Shown here: in pieces, positions 51,819-62,975 of the stretch
Layout of the letters: each line of letters begins with the position of its first letter
Position numbering within the stretch: the stretch's first letter is position 1
Origin: Azolla caroliniana
Lineage: Eukaryota; Plantae; Polypodiophyta
Length of the DNA stretch: 64,000 nt
NCBI GenBank assembly: GCA_043228905.1
Contig: JBHGNT010000005.1
Coordinates: forward strand, 13,268,001-13,332,000
Direction of reading: 5' to 3'
Translations under genes and position numbers: made by a program
Notes under the pieces: generated by a model
What the model saw: only the letters and a program-made list of their open reading frames with translations
Told to the model about the DNA's origin: nothing
Database searches by the model: none

Positions 51819-54800
51819 AGGGGAGATAGTGTCATGATATAGCAAGACTCGAACCCATGACCTTATGCTACATGGGTCGAGCTCTTACCATTAGACTATG
51901 AATTGTAATTTGTAGAATATTATTTTCATTTATGCTTTATCATAGAAAATTGATGTATATTCCAGATCTCTCTGGAACACTCTAGAAGCTTCAGGATTAT
52001 TCCTAAAAACACTATAAAAGGAGGCACAAGGCATTGTTTTGAACCAAATTGGTTCAACACCAGTCTTAAGCCTCTTAGCCGATTTGTACTTATCTTTCAT
52101 ATAATATAAGAGTTGCTGTCATCATCCTATCTCTCTCTCTCCTCTTCTCACTTCCTCTCTCTCGGGAATCTTACGCAGTCCCGTCCTCTTAGTACTAATT
52201 CCATCTCTGCTTTAGTACTATTCCTGACAATGAGGTAGATCCACGGGTGCCGCGTGTGGTCGTCGATGAAGGAGACGAAATATCGGCTCCCGCCAAGACT
52301 AACGTTTTGTGTCGGCCCCCATACATCGGAGTGTATAAGGTCGAGCTTATTCCAACTCCGGTTTCGCTCGTTGGGGAAAGGAAGTCGGTGTTGCTTCTCA
52401 AGTTGGCGGGCTTCACAAATTTGTGCCTTTCGGCCACTAAATTTGGGCAATTCGAACACTACCTATTTCGATTGTAGATCTTGAAGCCGCTGGTAGTTGA
52501 CGTGGCCTATCCGCTTGTGCCACAAGTCGATGTCCGACTCGGATTTTTGTCCCTTCGTGAACACTGCGGTGCCACCGTCAGTGGAATCAAGGATGAACAT
52601 CCTCCCGTCTCTGCGCCCTTGCGCAATTACACGGCCTTCTTCCTCAATGAAGCACCCGAGGTGTGTAAACCGAACCTCCATCCCTTGGTCGACGATCTGT
52701 CCGACCGAGACCAAGTTCTTCGTGATTGTCGGAACGTGCAGCACGTTCATGAGTTTCCCTTTCTGCCCGACATGGCTAAGGGGAACTTCTCCAACATTCG
52801 CGATCGGATGTGGAGTGTCGTCTCTAGTTGCGACTACTCCAGGTTGTATCGGTTTTCAAGGTACGAGAACCACTCCTTATGGCTCGTCATGTGGTTTGAC
52901 GCGCCGGAGTCTACGTACCACACCTCATCCGATCTCGGGGTGGTCCGTTTCATTGAGTTTGCTTCGTGTCTCGTCACGAAGGCAGACCCTTCTCCGGCTC
53001 TCCCAGAGTCTTCGGCGTAGTGCGATCGTTGTCAATTTCCCTTGTTGGTATGTCCGGAGCCGTTTCCGGAACCTGTTCCCTCCGAATCGGCGTACTTCTT
53101 CCAGCACTCACTTTCCCTGTGGCCCCACAGTACCAGCACTCCGCGATGACCTTCCCTTGCCGGTTCTCATCGCTTTGACTCCCCCTGTTTCCGGAGGGTC
53201 CGGAGTTGCTGTCGGCATCACTTCGGTGCCTTCTTCCTTGATCTCGTCGGCCGCCTCGATTGCACGCGGACTCGCATCTTCCTCCACGTCCATGGGGCCT
53301 ATCTCCCTTCGTGTACAACATTCTGTTGTCGGTGTGCGTGCTTGTAGACGCACCCGCGTGGTTCTCCTCTATCAGGAGCATTGACTCTAAGTCGAAAAAG
53401 GATGGCGTATTCTCCTGGGTACACACAGCCGTTCGGAACGCTCCGAACTTCGACGCCAAACCTCCGAGACAGATCTGGACCATCTCGCTCTCCTCGATGT
53501 TCACCTCTATGGAGGCGAGGGAGTCGCAGATATCCTTGATCTTCGAGGTATAGTCCGCCACCGACAAGTCGCATTGTCGTAGGTTGCTCAACTCCTGTCG
53601 GAGCTGAAGCTTCCTGGCTATGGTGCTTGCGGCGAAAATCTTCTTCGGATTTTCCCACGCACCCTTCGGCGTCTTTGCATCCCGACCATAGCTCAATAGT
53701 TGTTCGCCCACACACGACGCGAAGCAGTATAATACCCTGCTCGCCGATTGCTCCCACGACGGGAAGTCTCTGTGTGTCGATTCGGGTGCCGCGTCATTAG
53801 CTCCTTCGACATAGCTCCAGTAGCCATGCCCGAGCAGGTACTGGTGCATCTTGTAGGACCAAGACGCGTAGTTGGTTCTGTCGAACTTCTCTATTGGAAG
53901 CGAGCTCGCCATGCCTCTATCCATCGTTCTTCTTGTTCTTCTTCGTCAAGCTGTGTCGGCTACAGAGAGGTTCTCAACCCTCGCGCTCTGATACCATGTA
54001 AAAAGTAACGTGCGGAAGCAAGTATGAAGACCGAACAGAAGGAAGAAAAACCCAGGTTTAATGGAGAGCTTGAGCTCACGCAGTATACACGGGAGAGACA
54101 GAGAGAGTGAGAGAGGAAAACACAAGAGGTATATTCAAAAAATACACATTCTCTATTCACCACACTCTATACATATGTGTGTTAAATGAACACTTTTATA
54201 CAAGTCCTAGAAGGACTGACCGAAGTACTGACAATACTTCAATGCTCATTAAGAGCTCCTACACTAACTCCCAAATATATTCCTCACGGAATATCTTTCC
54301 TAACGGCCTCCCGGTTTACGCACCGATCCGGCCCTACCTACGCACCGGTCTGCATACCGGTTTACGCATTCGGCCTAACCGATTGGTCCCAACCGATCCG
54401 GTCCTCGGCTTCTTCAGCCGATCCGGCCGATGTTGAGCTTGTCTCTCAACAACCTTGTAATCTCGGTTTCTGGTAATAGAAATTCTTGTATTTTTGTCTT
54501 GTAAACATCTTCTCGTTTGTTATTATTTTCTTTTCTTCCAAATCGACCTTGTCTTCGAAACTTGGGTCGCGACAAGGAAAAAACGCTCGGTTGTTGAAGC
54601 GGCATGGGCAATGCTGGAAGAGAAGAGCTTGCGCAAGTTTTACTGGGCCGAGGCGGTAAGGACCGCGGTATACATCTAGAATCGGATCGGAGAAAAAGTG
54701 TCGGCGCACGAGCTATATTTCGGAACGAAGCTGAACTTGCGACACTTACAAGTTTTTGGTAGCATTGCGTATGTGCATGTGCCGAAGGAGAAACGGAGGA

Positions 54801-57329
54801 AGCTAGATGCAAAGGCCGAGAAATGTATCTTGGCCGGTTATTCGGACGAGCAGAAGGGTTATAAGTGTTATAACCCGTGCACCAAACAAGCGCGCGTGAG
54901 CCGCGACGTTCTGTTTGACGAGTCAGCGTCCTGGTACTTGCCCCCGACTCCGGACCTCACCTCCAATCTGGGTTTTGACGATGAAGTCAGCAAGACTGAG
55001 ATGCCTCTGGATGATCCTGAAATCGGGACCCGTGAAGAGAGTCTGATTTCATTTCGGTTAAGTGAACTGAATGGACGACTGAGTCGGTTCGACCAGTCCA
55101 ATGAAGAGCCGGTGAATAGTGCACACTCGGCTGTGCATTCCCTGCGCAGGAAGCCCAGGTGTCAGATTCCGGCACAGATAGGAACGAGTCAGACCGACGT
55201 GAGTCCGACTCCGAGGGAAGCGATGACGGGTCTTCAAGAGCGAAGTCTTCGTCGGCCGAGAAGACCTCGACATCGGCTAAAGACCAATTACACCGATCTA
55301 CCCGCCAGAAGAACCCAGTTGTGCGGTTCGGATACAACGAGTACATGTCTCATCATTATGCGTACATGACACGTGTAGCGGAATTGCGTGAGCCGGAGAG
55401 CTACGCAGAAGCGGCTAAGGACGTGAACTGGCGCGCCGCGATTGAGGAAGAGATGCACGCATTGGCAGAAAACGAGACCTAGGACCTGGTTGATGCACCA
55501 AAGGGTGTGAAGCCGATCGGATGTAGGTGGGTGTACAAGGTCAAGTACAACACCGACAGCTCAGTCAACCGATACAAGGCCAGGTTAGTGACAAAAGGCT
55601 ACGCGCAGAAACACGGCATCGACTACGATGAGACGGTTGCCCCGATCGCGAAGATGACGATCGTCCGTGTTTTGCTCGTGGTAGCTGCGGCAAAGGGGTG
55701 GCACTTACATCAGATGGATGTAAAGAATGCTTTCCTGCAAGGTGAGCTTGAGGAACAGGTGTACATGGTACAACCCCCTGGATTTCACTCCAGAACGAAC
55801 ACTTCGGCAGTGTGCCGATTGAAGAAGTCCCTTTACGGACCGAAACAAGCCTCGCGTTCGTGGAACGCGAAGATCACGCAACAACTGTGTCGGATGGGCT
55901 TTCCAACGTGAAAATCAGACTCTTCCCTATTCATATGTAAAGGTCGACTCGGGCCAGTTAGTATTTTACTATATGTTGATGACTTGGTCATCACCGGTGC
56001 CGACCTAGGTGAAATCGACCGCGTGAAGCTCCAGCTTGCGGCATCATTCAACATGAAGGATCTGGGGGACCTTCATTACTTCCTCAAGATCGAAGTGATC
56101 CGCACCCCCGAAGGCATACTGATCAGCCAACGTCACTACGCGTTGAATATGCTCTTCAAATTCGAGATGGCATCGTGTAAGTCCGTCTCGACTCCTCTTG
56201 ATAGAACCGTCAAGCTTCGCCCCAATTCCGGAAAGCTGTGCAACCCGACGAGGTTCCGACAAATTATCGGAAGCCTTATTTACTTGACAATCACCCGACC
56301 CGATCTCAGTTATCCGGTCGGGGTGATCAGTCAGTTTATGGTGCAACCTACCGAGGAGCACCTTCAGTGTGCACAACGCGTACTGCGGTACGTAAGCGGC
56401 ACTAAGGACCGGGGACTGCTATTTCGGACTGGTCTAGCCCCGTAGTTGGTCGGCTACACCGATGCTGATTGGGCTGGCAATGCCGCCGATCGCCGATCCA
56501 CATCTGGATACGCGTTGTCTAGATATTTCGCAAGTGCGTGTGGAAACGAGGCGGGACCGCGGGGGTCTCGAACCAAAGAGCAGGCGAGGGAGGAGAAAGA
56601 GAGAGAACCGGCTACGCAGGACCGGGGGTACACAGGGACACAGCCCTTCAGCACGGAGAACGCGAACAGACACCGACACAGACAGATGCGATTGAGTAAT
56701 ACGTATATTAACAAAAATGGCTAACACGACTACAACCCTCGATGGGGCACAGGTTGGCTACAACCGAACAGGCCGGCGAACAGATGCCGATGCTTGTTCG
56801 CTTCGACGCACAAAGGGGTAGCAGGTCGGAGGTGCTGCCGGAAGCACTCGGGCGTTCCTCGAAACAGCGCGAACCCTCCTCGGAACCCTGCACAGAAACA
56901 GAGAAAGAAGCGTCCAGAAACGGTCCTCTCTGCCCGAGATCCCTGCAACAGCTCTTTCCTGCTCCTTATATAGGCCGTCGAGCAGGCCGTCGTGTCAGCT
57001 TTATTCCCTGTCCCTTTTGGACAGGGATCCGCTCCGTTTTTCACGCATCCGCGTAGTTACGCCGCCGACTCGTACAGTTCGCGCGCGCGACCGAAAAGAC
57101 TGTTCGCGCAGTCTTTGTCTTCACTTGAGTTAGGGCCCGTTCCTGCCGATTATCCTCCTAATTCGCTTCTATGTACAACTTGGAGCGTGCGCGCGTGAAG
57201 AACCGGTTCCCACGCCTTGGTTCGCCGATTCCGCCTATGGACGGTTTTCTTCACGACATCCGCCCCCACCTAACCGCGCATCCTCCGGTATGCGCCAAGA
57301 GGGTCGGGACGGAGAAAACCGGCCCGTTT

Positions 57330-60300
57330 TCATTCCTCGCCCATCGGTTCTTCTTCGTTTTCGGATCGTTCGTCACTGCTGACTAGGAGAGCCGGGTCTG
57401 GCTCGTCGTCGTGTCGCTTCTTGAACGCTTTGATCCGCTTCCCTGCAACCGGTATCGCCATTCTCGTGCCGTCTAGTTCCGCCAGGTGATATGTCCCGTT
57501 GTCATTGGCGCTCCGTACCACGTAAGGCCCGAACCACCTTCGTGCGAACTTCCGTGTAGCTCGGTGATGGTTGTCGAGGCTGCTGTCGTAGACGAGCACC
57601 CAGTCACCTTCTTCGATTTTCTTCGGTAGGAGCCGGTGCGTTCGGTCGAACCTGGCTTTGTTCTTTGTCCTCACCACCCGGAGCTTCTCCGCAGCCAGTT
57701 CCACGTCCTCCGGTCTCCGCTCGAGCTGTCGTATACGCGCGGCCAACAACTCCTCCCGGCTCATCTCGTCTCTCCAGTCGACCGTTGCCCACGAGGAGAT
57801 CGTCCGTTCCATCGGCATGATCGGCTTCTGGCCGAACATGAGCTCCGTCGGCATGTACCCGGTTACCGAACTGTGCGTGGTCCGGTCTGCCCACAAGGTA
57901 TAAGGTAGCAGCCGCGGCCAGTTACCGACTTGGCCTCCGCATGCTCGAACCAGCGCCTTGACGATCGGTCCGTGTCCGCGCTCCACCTTTCCATTCGCCT
58001 CCGGATTGTACGCAGTGGTGAGCGAGAGCTTGACTCCCAGCCGGTCGAACAGCTCCACGGCTTCTTCGGCGTCCAACTCCCCTCGGTCAGCCACGATCTT
58101 CCCGACGCACCCGTACCGGCATATCACGTCCTTGATTAGGAACCGACATACGGCCGCGGTCGTTTTGTTCGGAAGGGCCCGGCCTTCCACCTGGTTCGTC
58201 AGATCCTCCCGCGCTAGGACCAGGTACCGCATCTGTCCTACTCCCATCGGCATCGTTACCAAATCTACCATCCATTTGAAATGGATGGCCGGAGGGTACG
58301 TAGGGTGGAGCTCGTCTCGATGTCGGACTACGGAGTGCATCTGGCAGCTCTCGCAAGTTGTCACGAACCGATGCACGTCCTGGTACTGCCCCGGCCACCA
58401 ATACTTCCCCTTCAGTTTCTCGAACGTAGCCCATGTTCCACGGTGTCCAGCCCAAGGGCTGTCGTGGTAGGCCGCTAGCAACTCCTCCCGATCTTCCTTC
58501 ATTGCCACCACCCGGAGCGGGACGTCGTTCCTCTTCTTCGGGTGCTTCCACAAGTATCCATCCCGGAGAAAGAACCGGTACGCTTTCTTCCGGATCCGGT
58601 TGGCCTCGTCCTTCGTCCATGACGCATCGGGCGTCATTGTCTTCAAAAACCCACCGATCCGCAGCCACTCCCCGTCGTACTTGCTCGCGTCGAAGTCGTT
58701 AAGCGCCGGAGTGCTTGTTCCGTCGGTTGTTACATACGCAGTCTCGAAGAAGTCCACGCCGACCTCTTCGTCCTCCGAAACCATGCCGCCCTCGTCATCG
58801 AATCTCGCCCTTGAAAGCATGTCGGCCATGGCGTTGTCTTTCCCGGAGATGTGTCGTATTTCCGGGTCCAGGGACTTGATGTACGCTATCCACCTGAGCA
58901 TTGCCAGGTCCGGCGTCGCGCATCCGGAAACCATGCCGAGAATCGGCATGCAATCCGTCTCTATGATTACCTCTGTGCCGATCAGATAGTCCTTGTCGGC
59001 CTTCACCGCCGAAACGATACCCCAGAGTTCGCGTTTAACCTGGGCGTATTCTCGCTGCCGCTCACTGAGGACCTTCGCGCCGAATCGGATCGGAAACCGA
59101 TTGCCGTCCTCGTCTTCTTGGTTGACGACCCACCCGATTCCGGTCGGACTCGTATCAACCGTTATGTACACTGGGGTGCCCTTCCTGTAGACGGCCTTTC
59201 GGAGCGGCGGTGCTGCCGAAAGAGCCTCCTTCAGCTTCCGGACCAACTCCGTGTGCTTGTCTAGCCATTCGAATCTTCGCCCTTTCTTCAATAATCCGTA
59301 CAGCGGCTCCGTGACGTGCGCGTAATGCGGGATCCATATGTGGTAGAAGGCGCATGCTCCCAAGAATCTTCGTACTTCCGTGACCGAGCTGCAATCAGGC
59401 TTCATCGCGGAGATGGCTTCTACCTTTGCCGGAGACGGTTTCCGGCCATATGGTCCACATAAATGTCCGACCACCATGATTTCCGACTGCCCGAAGGCTG
59501 ACTTCTCCCCCGAGAAGGTGAGCCTCGCATCCTCTAGCCTTTGCAGCACCTTCTCGCAGTCGTCGATGTGCGACATCACGAATCGCCGGCATCTGTCCGG
59601 CCCGATCGTCTCGTCCTTCTCTTCTACCGGGCATCCCTTGATCGGGATGTCGTCTAGAAACGGCATGGTGATGTCCGGGATGCAGTCCCTCAGCACCTTG
59701 TTCATTGCATTCACCATGTGGGCCACCGAGTTGGTCCCTCCTTGCGGCAGCGTACACATCCGCACTAGGCCGAGGGGAGTTCGCATCGTCGTAATGTCTC
59801 TGCTCTCCACGGCTAGCTGGAACTGGTCGTACCCTGAGTATAGATCACCGACCGAGTAAATCGACCTTCCGGCGAAGGCCTCCGCGAACTCGTCTATGGT
59901 CGGTCCAATCCCTGCGTTCCAAATGGTCACCTTATTGACCGGTTGCAGGTCCTGAATGAAGCGCAATGATCCGTTTTTCTTTGGTACGGTAAACCATCGG
60001 TTTGAATACGGGGCGCTCGACGGCTCGAGAACGCCCATATCAACTTTCTGCTTCAACAGCTCCTTCAACTTCGGGATGTGAGCTCTCGGAACCGGAATTG
60101 GCTTGAGATTCCACGGTACATGCGGTACCGTGAATATCACCATCGGCTCTACGATCGTCGGGTTTACGCACCCGATTTCCTCCGGTGAGAATGCGAAGGC
60201 TTTCCCGTGCCTTCCGAGCATTCTCTGAAACCGGTCTTCCTCCGCCGGTAGTAGGAACCCGCCCCCACCGTTTTTGAGCTCCCGGAGCGTCTCGTTGGTG

Positions 60301-60818
60301 AAGGTGTGTCCTATACAGGCCGGATCTCGTAAGCTGGGGTCCGATGCAACCCCTTTGATTCGCGACTCGCTGCCCTCCGGTAACGGTACCGCGACTGGCC
60401 TTACCTTCCGGTCCACAGTCTTGTACTTGGTGCTTACTCGGGCCGTCCGATCCGACTCGAGCCCCCGACCAAAGTCCGCGATGACTTCGTACATTTCTTC
60501 GGAATATACCGGTATCGTCCGGTCTTCGTTAAGGTCTTCTTCGACTACCTTCCCCAGCATTCCCAAGGTGTCGTCGAAGGAGACCGCCTCCACGGCGCCA
60601 CTGATTTCTTCGTCGGGGCCGAGAACTCCGCATGCTCGAAGTCTCCCCTCCGTCTTTGTTTTCTCTCGGCCGGCGATGCCGACCATCGTACATGCTCCGC
60701 TGTCGGAGAAGCAAAATTTCCTACCTATTGTACACGGTTTTATCGTACAGATGTGGGGTTTTCCCGGAGCATCCGGACTGTCGCGGCCCCACGCCTTGGC
60801 AGTCCTCTCTAAAAATCC
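57330..60818 (-). CDS. M pol (RT-RNase H-integrase), probably entered by -1 frameshift
   Basis: Uninterrupted 1118-aa ORF; the frame stays open upstream past the gag stop. FLDD, DTSPTGIG, HHCC (HDSPWAGH...CESC), DDE core, WFGPY. No chromodomain. Confidence 0.92.
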   Translation of the reverse strand, partial: GFLERTAKAWGRDSPDAPGKPHICTIKPCTIGRKFCFSDSGACTMVGIAGREKTKTEGRLRACGVLGPDEEISGAVEAVSFDDTLGMLGKVVEEDLNEDRTIPVYSEEMYEVIADFGRGLESDRTARVSTKYKTVDRKVRPVAVPLPEGSESRIKGVASDPSLRDPACIGHTFTNETLRELKNGGGGFLLPAEEDRFQRMLGRHGKAFAFSPEEIGCVNPTIVEPMVIFTVPHVPWNLKPIPVPRAHIPKLKELLKQKVDMGVLEPSSAPYSNRWFTVPKKNGSLRFIQDLQPVNKVTIWNAGIGPTIDEFAEAFAGRSIYSVGDLYSGYDQFQLAVESRDITTMRTPLGLVRMCTLPQGGTNSVAHMVNAMNKVLRDCIPDITMPFLDDIPIKGCPVEEKDETIGPDRCRRFVMSHIDDCEKVLQRLEDARLTFSGEKSAFGQSEIMVVGHLCGPYGRKPSPAKVEAISAMKPDCSSVTEVRRFLGACAFYHIWIPHYAHVTEPLYGLLKKGRRFEWLDKHTELVRKLKEALSAAPPLRKAVYRKGTPVYITVDTSPTGIGWVVNQEDEDGNRFPIRFGAKVLSERQREYAQVKRELWGIVSAVKADKDYLIGTEVIIETDCMPILGMVSGCATPDLAMLRWIAYIKSLDPEIRHISGKDNAMADMLSRARFDDEGGMVSEDEEVGVDFFETAYVTTDGTSTPALNDFDASKYDGEWLRIGGFLKTMTPDASWTKDEANRIRKKAYRFFLRDGYLWKHPKKRNDVPLRVVAMKEDREELLAAYHDSPWAGHRGTWATFEKLKGKYWWPGQYQDVHRFVTTCESCQMHSVVRHRDELHPTYPPAIHFKWMVDLVTMPMGVGQMRYLVLAREDLTNQVEGRALPNKTTAAVCRFLIKDVICRYGCVGKIVADRGELDAEEAVELFDRLGVKLSLTTAYNPEANGKVERGHGPIVKALVRACGGQVGNWPRLLPYTLWADRTTHSSVTGYMPTELMFGQKPIMPMERTISSWATVDWRDEMSREELLAARIRQLERRPEDVELAAEKLRVVRTKNKARFDRTHRLLPKKIEEGDWVLVYDSSLDNHHRATRKFARRWFGPYVVRSANDNGTYHLAELDGTRMAIPVAGKRIKAFKKRHDDEPDPALLVSSDERSENEEEPMGEE

Positions 60819-62935
60819 TCTCGGTTTTCGGAACCGAGGGAGTCGCGGTTACGTTCGTGGTTCGGCCGTACCGTCAGAAACTGGACCGAATGGCGCCCGT
60901 CTTGGCTTTTGACCCTCGCGTAGGCCGAACCATTGTCCAGTACCTTGGTCTCCATTCGCGCCGCCGTGATGTACGGCTCTCCCAGTATGACCGGATGCGA
61001 AGACGTCTCCTGCACGAAGAAGTGCTGGTCAATCTCGACGTCGCCGATCTTGACTCGCACATTCGGACAGGCCCCGTGCAGTTCCTCAGTGGCGCGCGTT
61101 GCTGCCCTTATTTTCCACCCGTGCTTGGTGTTGATCGGCCATTTGCCCTTCTTATAGAAGTCCATGGACATCAAATTGATCTCTGATCCGTGGTCCACCA
61201 AAGCTATCACCGGTTCCTGGACATCGCCGATCTTCACCGGGGTTTCCGTGGTCGCTCGGGCCCAGTGTGGTCTCGAATAGTGGCTTTCCGCCCACTCGTC
61301 TCCCAGTGCCATGTCGTCTAGGTGCGTCTTCCGCACTTCCACCGGTCTTTCTGGTTCTGTCTCCGTTGACAGCCTCTTCCGTTTCACCAAGTCCACGATG
61401 GAGTCGTGGAACTCCTTCTTGGCGATTCCCAGCACCTCTCGTAACGACAGCTCCACCTTGCTATCGAGGATCCGTTCCTCCAGGACCTTTCGTAAGTCCG
61501 TGGTCCTTTCTATCTCCGTCCCCAGACGGTACCCGCCCTTCTGGGGTTTATCTTGCGTACCGGCCCCGCCGGCTTCGTCCCGTCGTGGCCCGGACCGGGT
61601 CTCGTATCGTTGTGAGGGCCCGGTCATCCCGGGTTTCCCCACCCGCTTCTCTTCTACCAGAGCCTCGTAGTTCTGGCAAGCGGCTTCCACGAAGCCCGTC
61701 TTTTCCTCGACCGGGTCGCTCCACCCGGTCATCTCCCGTACCCGTTTCTCCGCACGGTCCGATTCCTCCCTTTTAAGCCTTGCACCGGCAAGGCCTTCCA
61801 GCATCGTCGGCCAGAATCCGGCTTTGCTTTCCCTTCGGGCCTCGCCGCCCCCGACTCGAATGCCGGCCGACGCCGAGTAGTGGACGGTTTCCGCGTGTCG
61901 GGCCGCCGCCTCTTCCATCAACCTTTTCATACCACCTCGCCCGTCGTTTCGGCTCAGGGCCCTTCGGGTGTCGCCGGCATGCACCCGTCCTTCCCACAGG
62001 TATACCACCCTGTTCCTCAGCGCCTCCGCGAAGTCGCCGCAGTCCTTCCGAATGTGGCCGACTTCATCGCACCACATGCACCTGTTTCCTGCCGCCGGCC
62101 GTCGGTCACGAGCCGGTTCGCCACCTTCCCTTCGGGCTTGCGCGATTTGGAGGTCCTTTATCGCCCTCGTCAATTCCTCCAGCCCCGCTCCTCCGGTTGA
62201 GCCTCTGACTACGCCGGTCGAAGCCGAACCGGTTTCCAACCATTCTCGGGTCTCTTCCTTTCGCACCTGTGGCGCTGGTTCGAGCTTCCTTGCTGCGACC
62301 GAGCCCGACCCGGTTGCCCCGTTATCCGCCCATTCTCGCCGTTTGTCGAAACGGCCACAGACTTTCTTGACAGCCGCCCAGTCGGTAGTGAGCCCGTCTT
62401 CGGTTTCCAGCAAGAGGCCCACTTGCTCCCGATCCCGCTCGTCGACCGACTTGACAAACAGCAAGACCCGGCTCGTGTCCAGGATGGTTCGGTCGAGCGC
62501 CGAAAGGCGCGCAAAGTTTTCCTCGAACTCCCGGAGGAGTGCTGACGCGTTTCTTCCCTTCCCCGGGGACTCCACCCATTCCATGAACCTTCGCTTCGAA
62601 AGCCGGAGCGCGTCGTCCAGCCCGTATTTCTCTAGGAGCCGACCTTCGAACTCCTCCCAGGTACGGCTCTCCGCCCGCACCTCGAGCACCTCCGCATGGA
62701 TGCTCGGCATCGCCACTCGGGGAAATCCGGCAAGACGCCTTTCTTCCGGAATGTCCCGCATCAGCATCTCTGCACCGTAGGACGCCAAATACTTCGTGGC
62801 ATCCTTCCCATCGAACCGGCCGATCGTGCCGACGACCGCCTCAATGGCTCTGTCGAGGGCACCGGTGCCCTCGCGCGCGTTTACAATCCGGTCCACGGCC
62901 GAAGCCATGGCCTCTGCAAGATCCGACCCCCTCAT
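60809..62935 (-). CDS. M gag-protease
   Basis: Open ORF with CMWCDEVGHIRKDC knuckle and LVDHGSEIN aspartic-protease motif. First ATG after the PBS at 62935. Confidence 0.88.
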   Translation of the reverse strand: MRGSDLAEAMASAVDRIVNAREGTGALDRAIEAVVGTIGRFDGKDATKYLASYGAEMLMRDIPEERRLAGFPRVAMPSIHAEVLEVRAESRTWEEFEGRLLEKYGLDDALRLSKRRFMEWVESPGKGRNASALLREFEENFARLSALDRTILDTSRVLLFVKSVDERDREQVGLLLETEDGLTTDWAAVKKVCGRFDKRREWADNGATGSGSVAARKLEPAPQVRKEETREWLETGSASTGVVRGSTGGAGLEELTRAIKDLQIAQARREGGEPARDRRPAAGNRCMWCDEVGHIRKDCGDFAEALRNRVVYLWEGRVHAGDTRRALSRNDGRGGMKRLMEEAAARHAETVHYSASAGIRVGGGEARRESKAGFWPTMLEGLAGARLKREESDRAEKRVREMTGWSDPVEEKTGFVEAACQNYEALVEEKRVGKPGMTGPSQRYETRSGPRRDEAGGAGTQDKPQKGGYRLGTEIERTTDLRKVLEERILDSKVELSLREVLGIAKKEFHDSIVDLVKRKRLSTETEPERPVEVRKTHLDDMALGDEWAESHYSRPHWARATTETPVKIGDVQEPVIALVDHGSEINLMSMDFYKKGKWPINTKHGWKIRAATRATEELHGACPNVRVKIGDVEIDQHFFVQETSSHPVILGEPYITAARMETKVLDNGSAYARVKSQDGRHSVQFLTVRPNHERNRDSLGSENREDF

Positions 62936-62957
62936 CTTCTTCTCTTCTGCCGCCTCC

Positions 62958-62975
62958 TTCACGTCGGGTTCACCA
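62958..62975 (-). promoter_or_regulatory. PBS of M complementary to tRNA-Trp 3' end
   Basis: The plus strand reads ttcacgtcgggttcacca, the 3' 18 nt of plant cytosolic tRNA-Trp as I recall it. It lies 4 nt from the LTR. Confidence 0.85.

Larger units (their letters stand above)
46617..52229 (+). mobile_element. Chromovirus K (related to J), full length
   Basis: LTRs at 46617-47040 and 51830-52229 (~5 substitutions plus a 24-bp indel). TSD ATGAG at 46612-46616 and 52230-52234. PPT aaaggggagatag. Confidence 0.97.
43989..53924 (-). pseudogene. Copia L gag-pol (split at 46617-52229 by K)
   Basis: ORFs 52974-53924 (gag), 52463-52750, 45936-46391 (integrase), 44401-45996 (RT, QMDVKNAFLQG, LYVDD), 44211-44498 and 43989-44195 (RNase H). 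Confidence 0.93.
43037..54451 (-). mobile_element. Ty1/copia L (same family as I), full length, interrupted by K
   Basis: LTRs at 43037-43490 and 53997-54451. TSD ACCTT at 43032-43036 and 54452-54456. PBS at 53985-53996, PPT at 43491-43501. Confidence 0.96.
37583..54574 (+). mobile_element. Chromovirus J (Tcn1/Tf1-like Ty3/gypsy); 3' LTR split by copia L
   Basis: 5' LTR at 37583-37997. 3' LTR at 42786-43036 + 54452-54574. TSD AGGAA at 37578-37582 and 54575-54579. PPT precedes 42786. Confidence 0.96.

Noticed and set aside
62958-62975. tRNA gene
   Set aside because: Only the 3' 18 nt including CCA are present, in PBS position.
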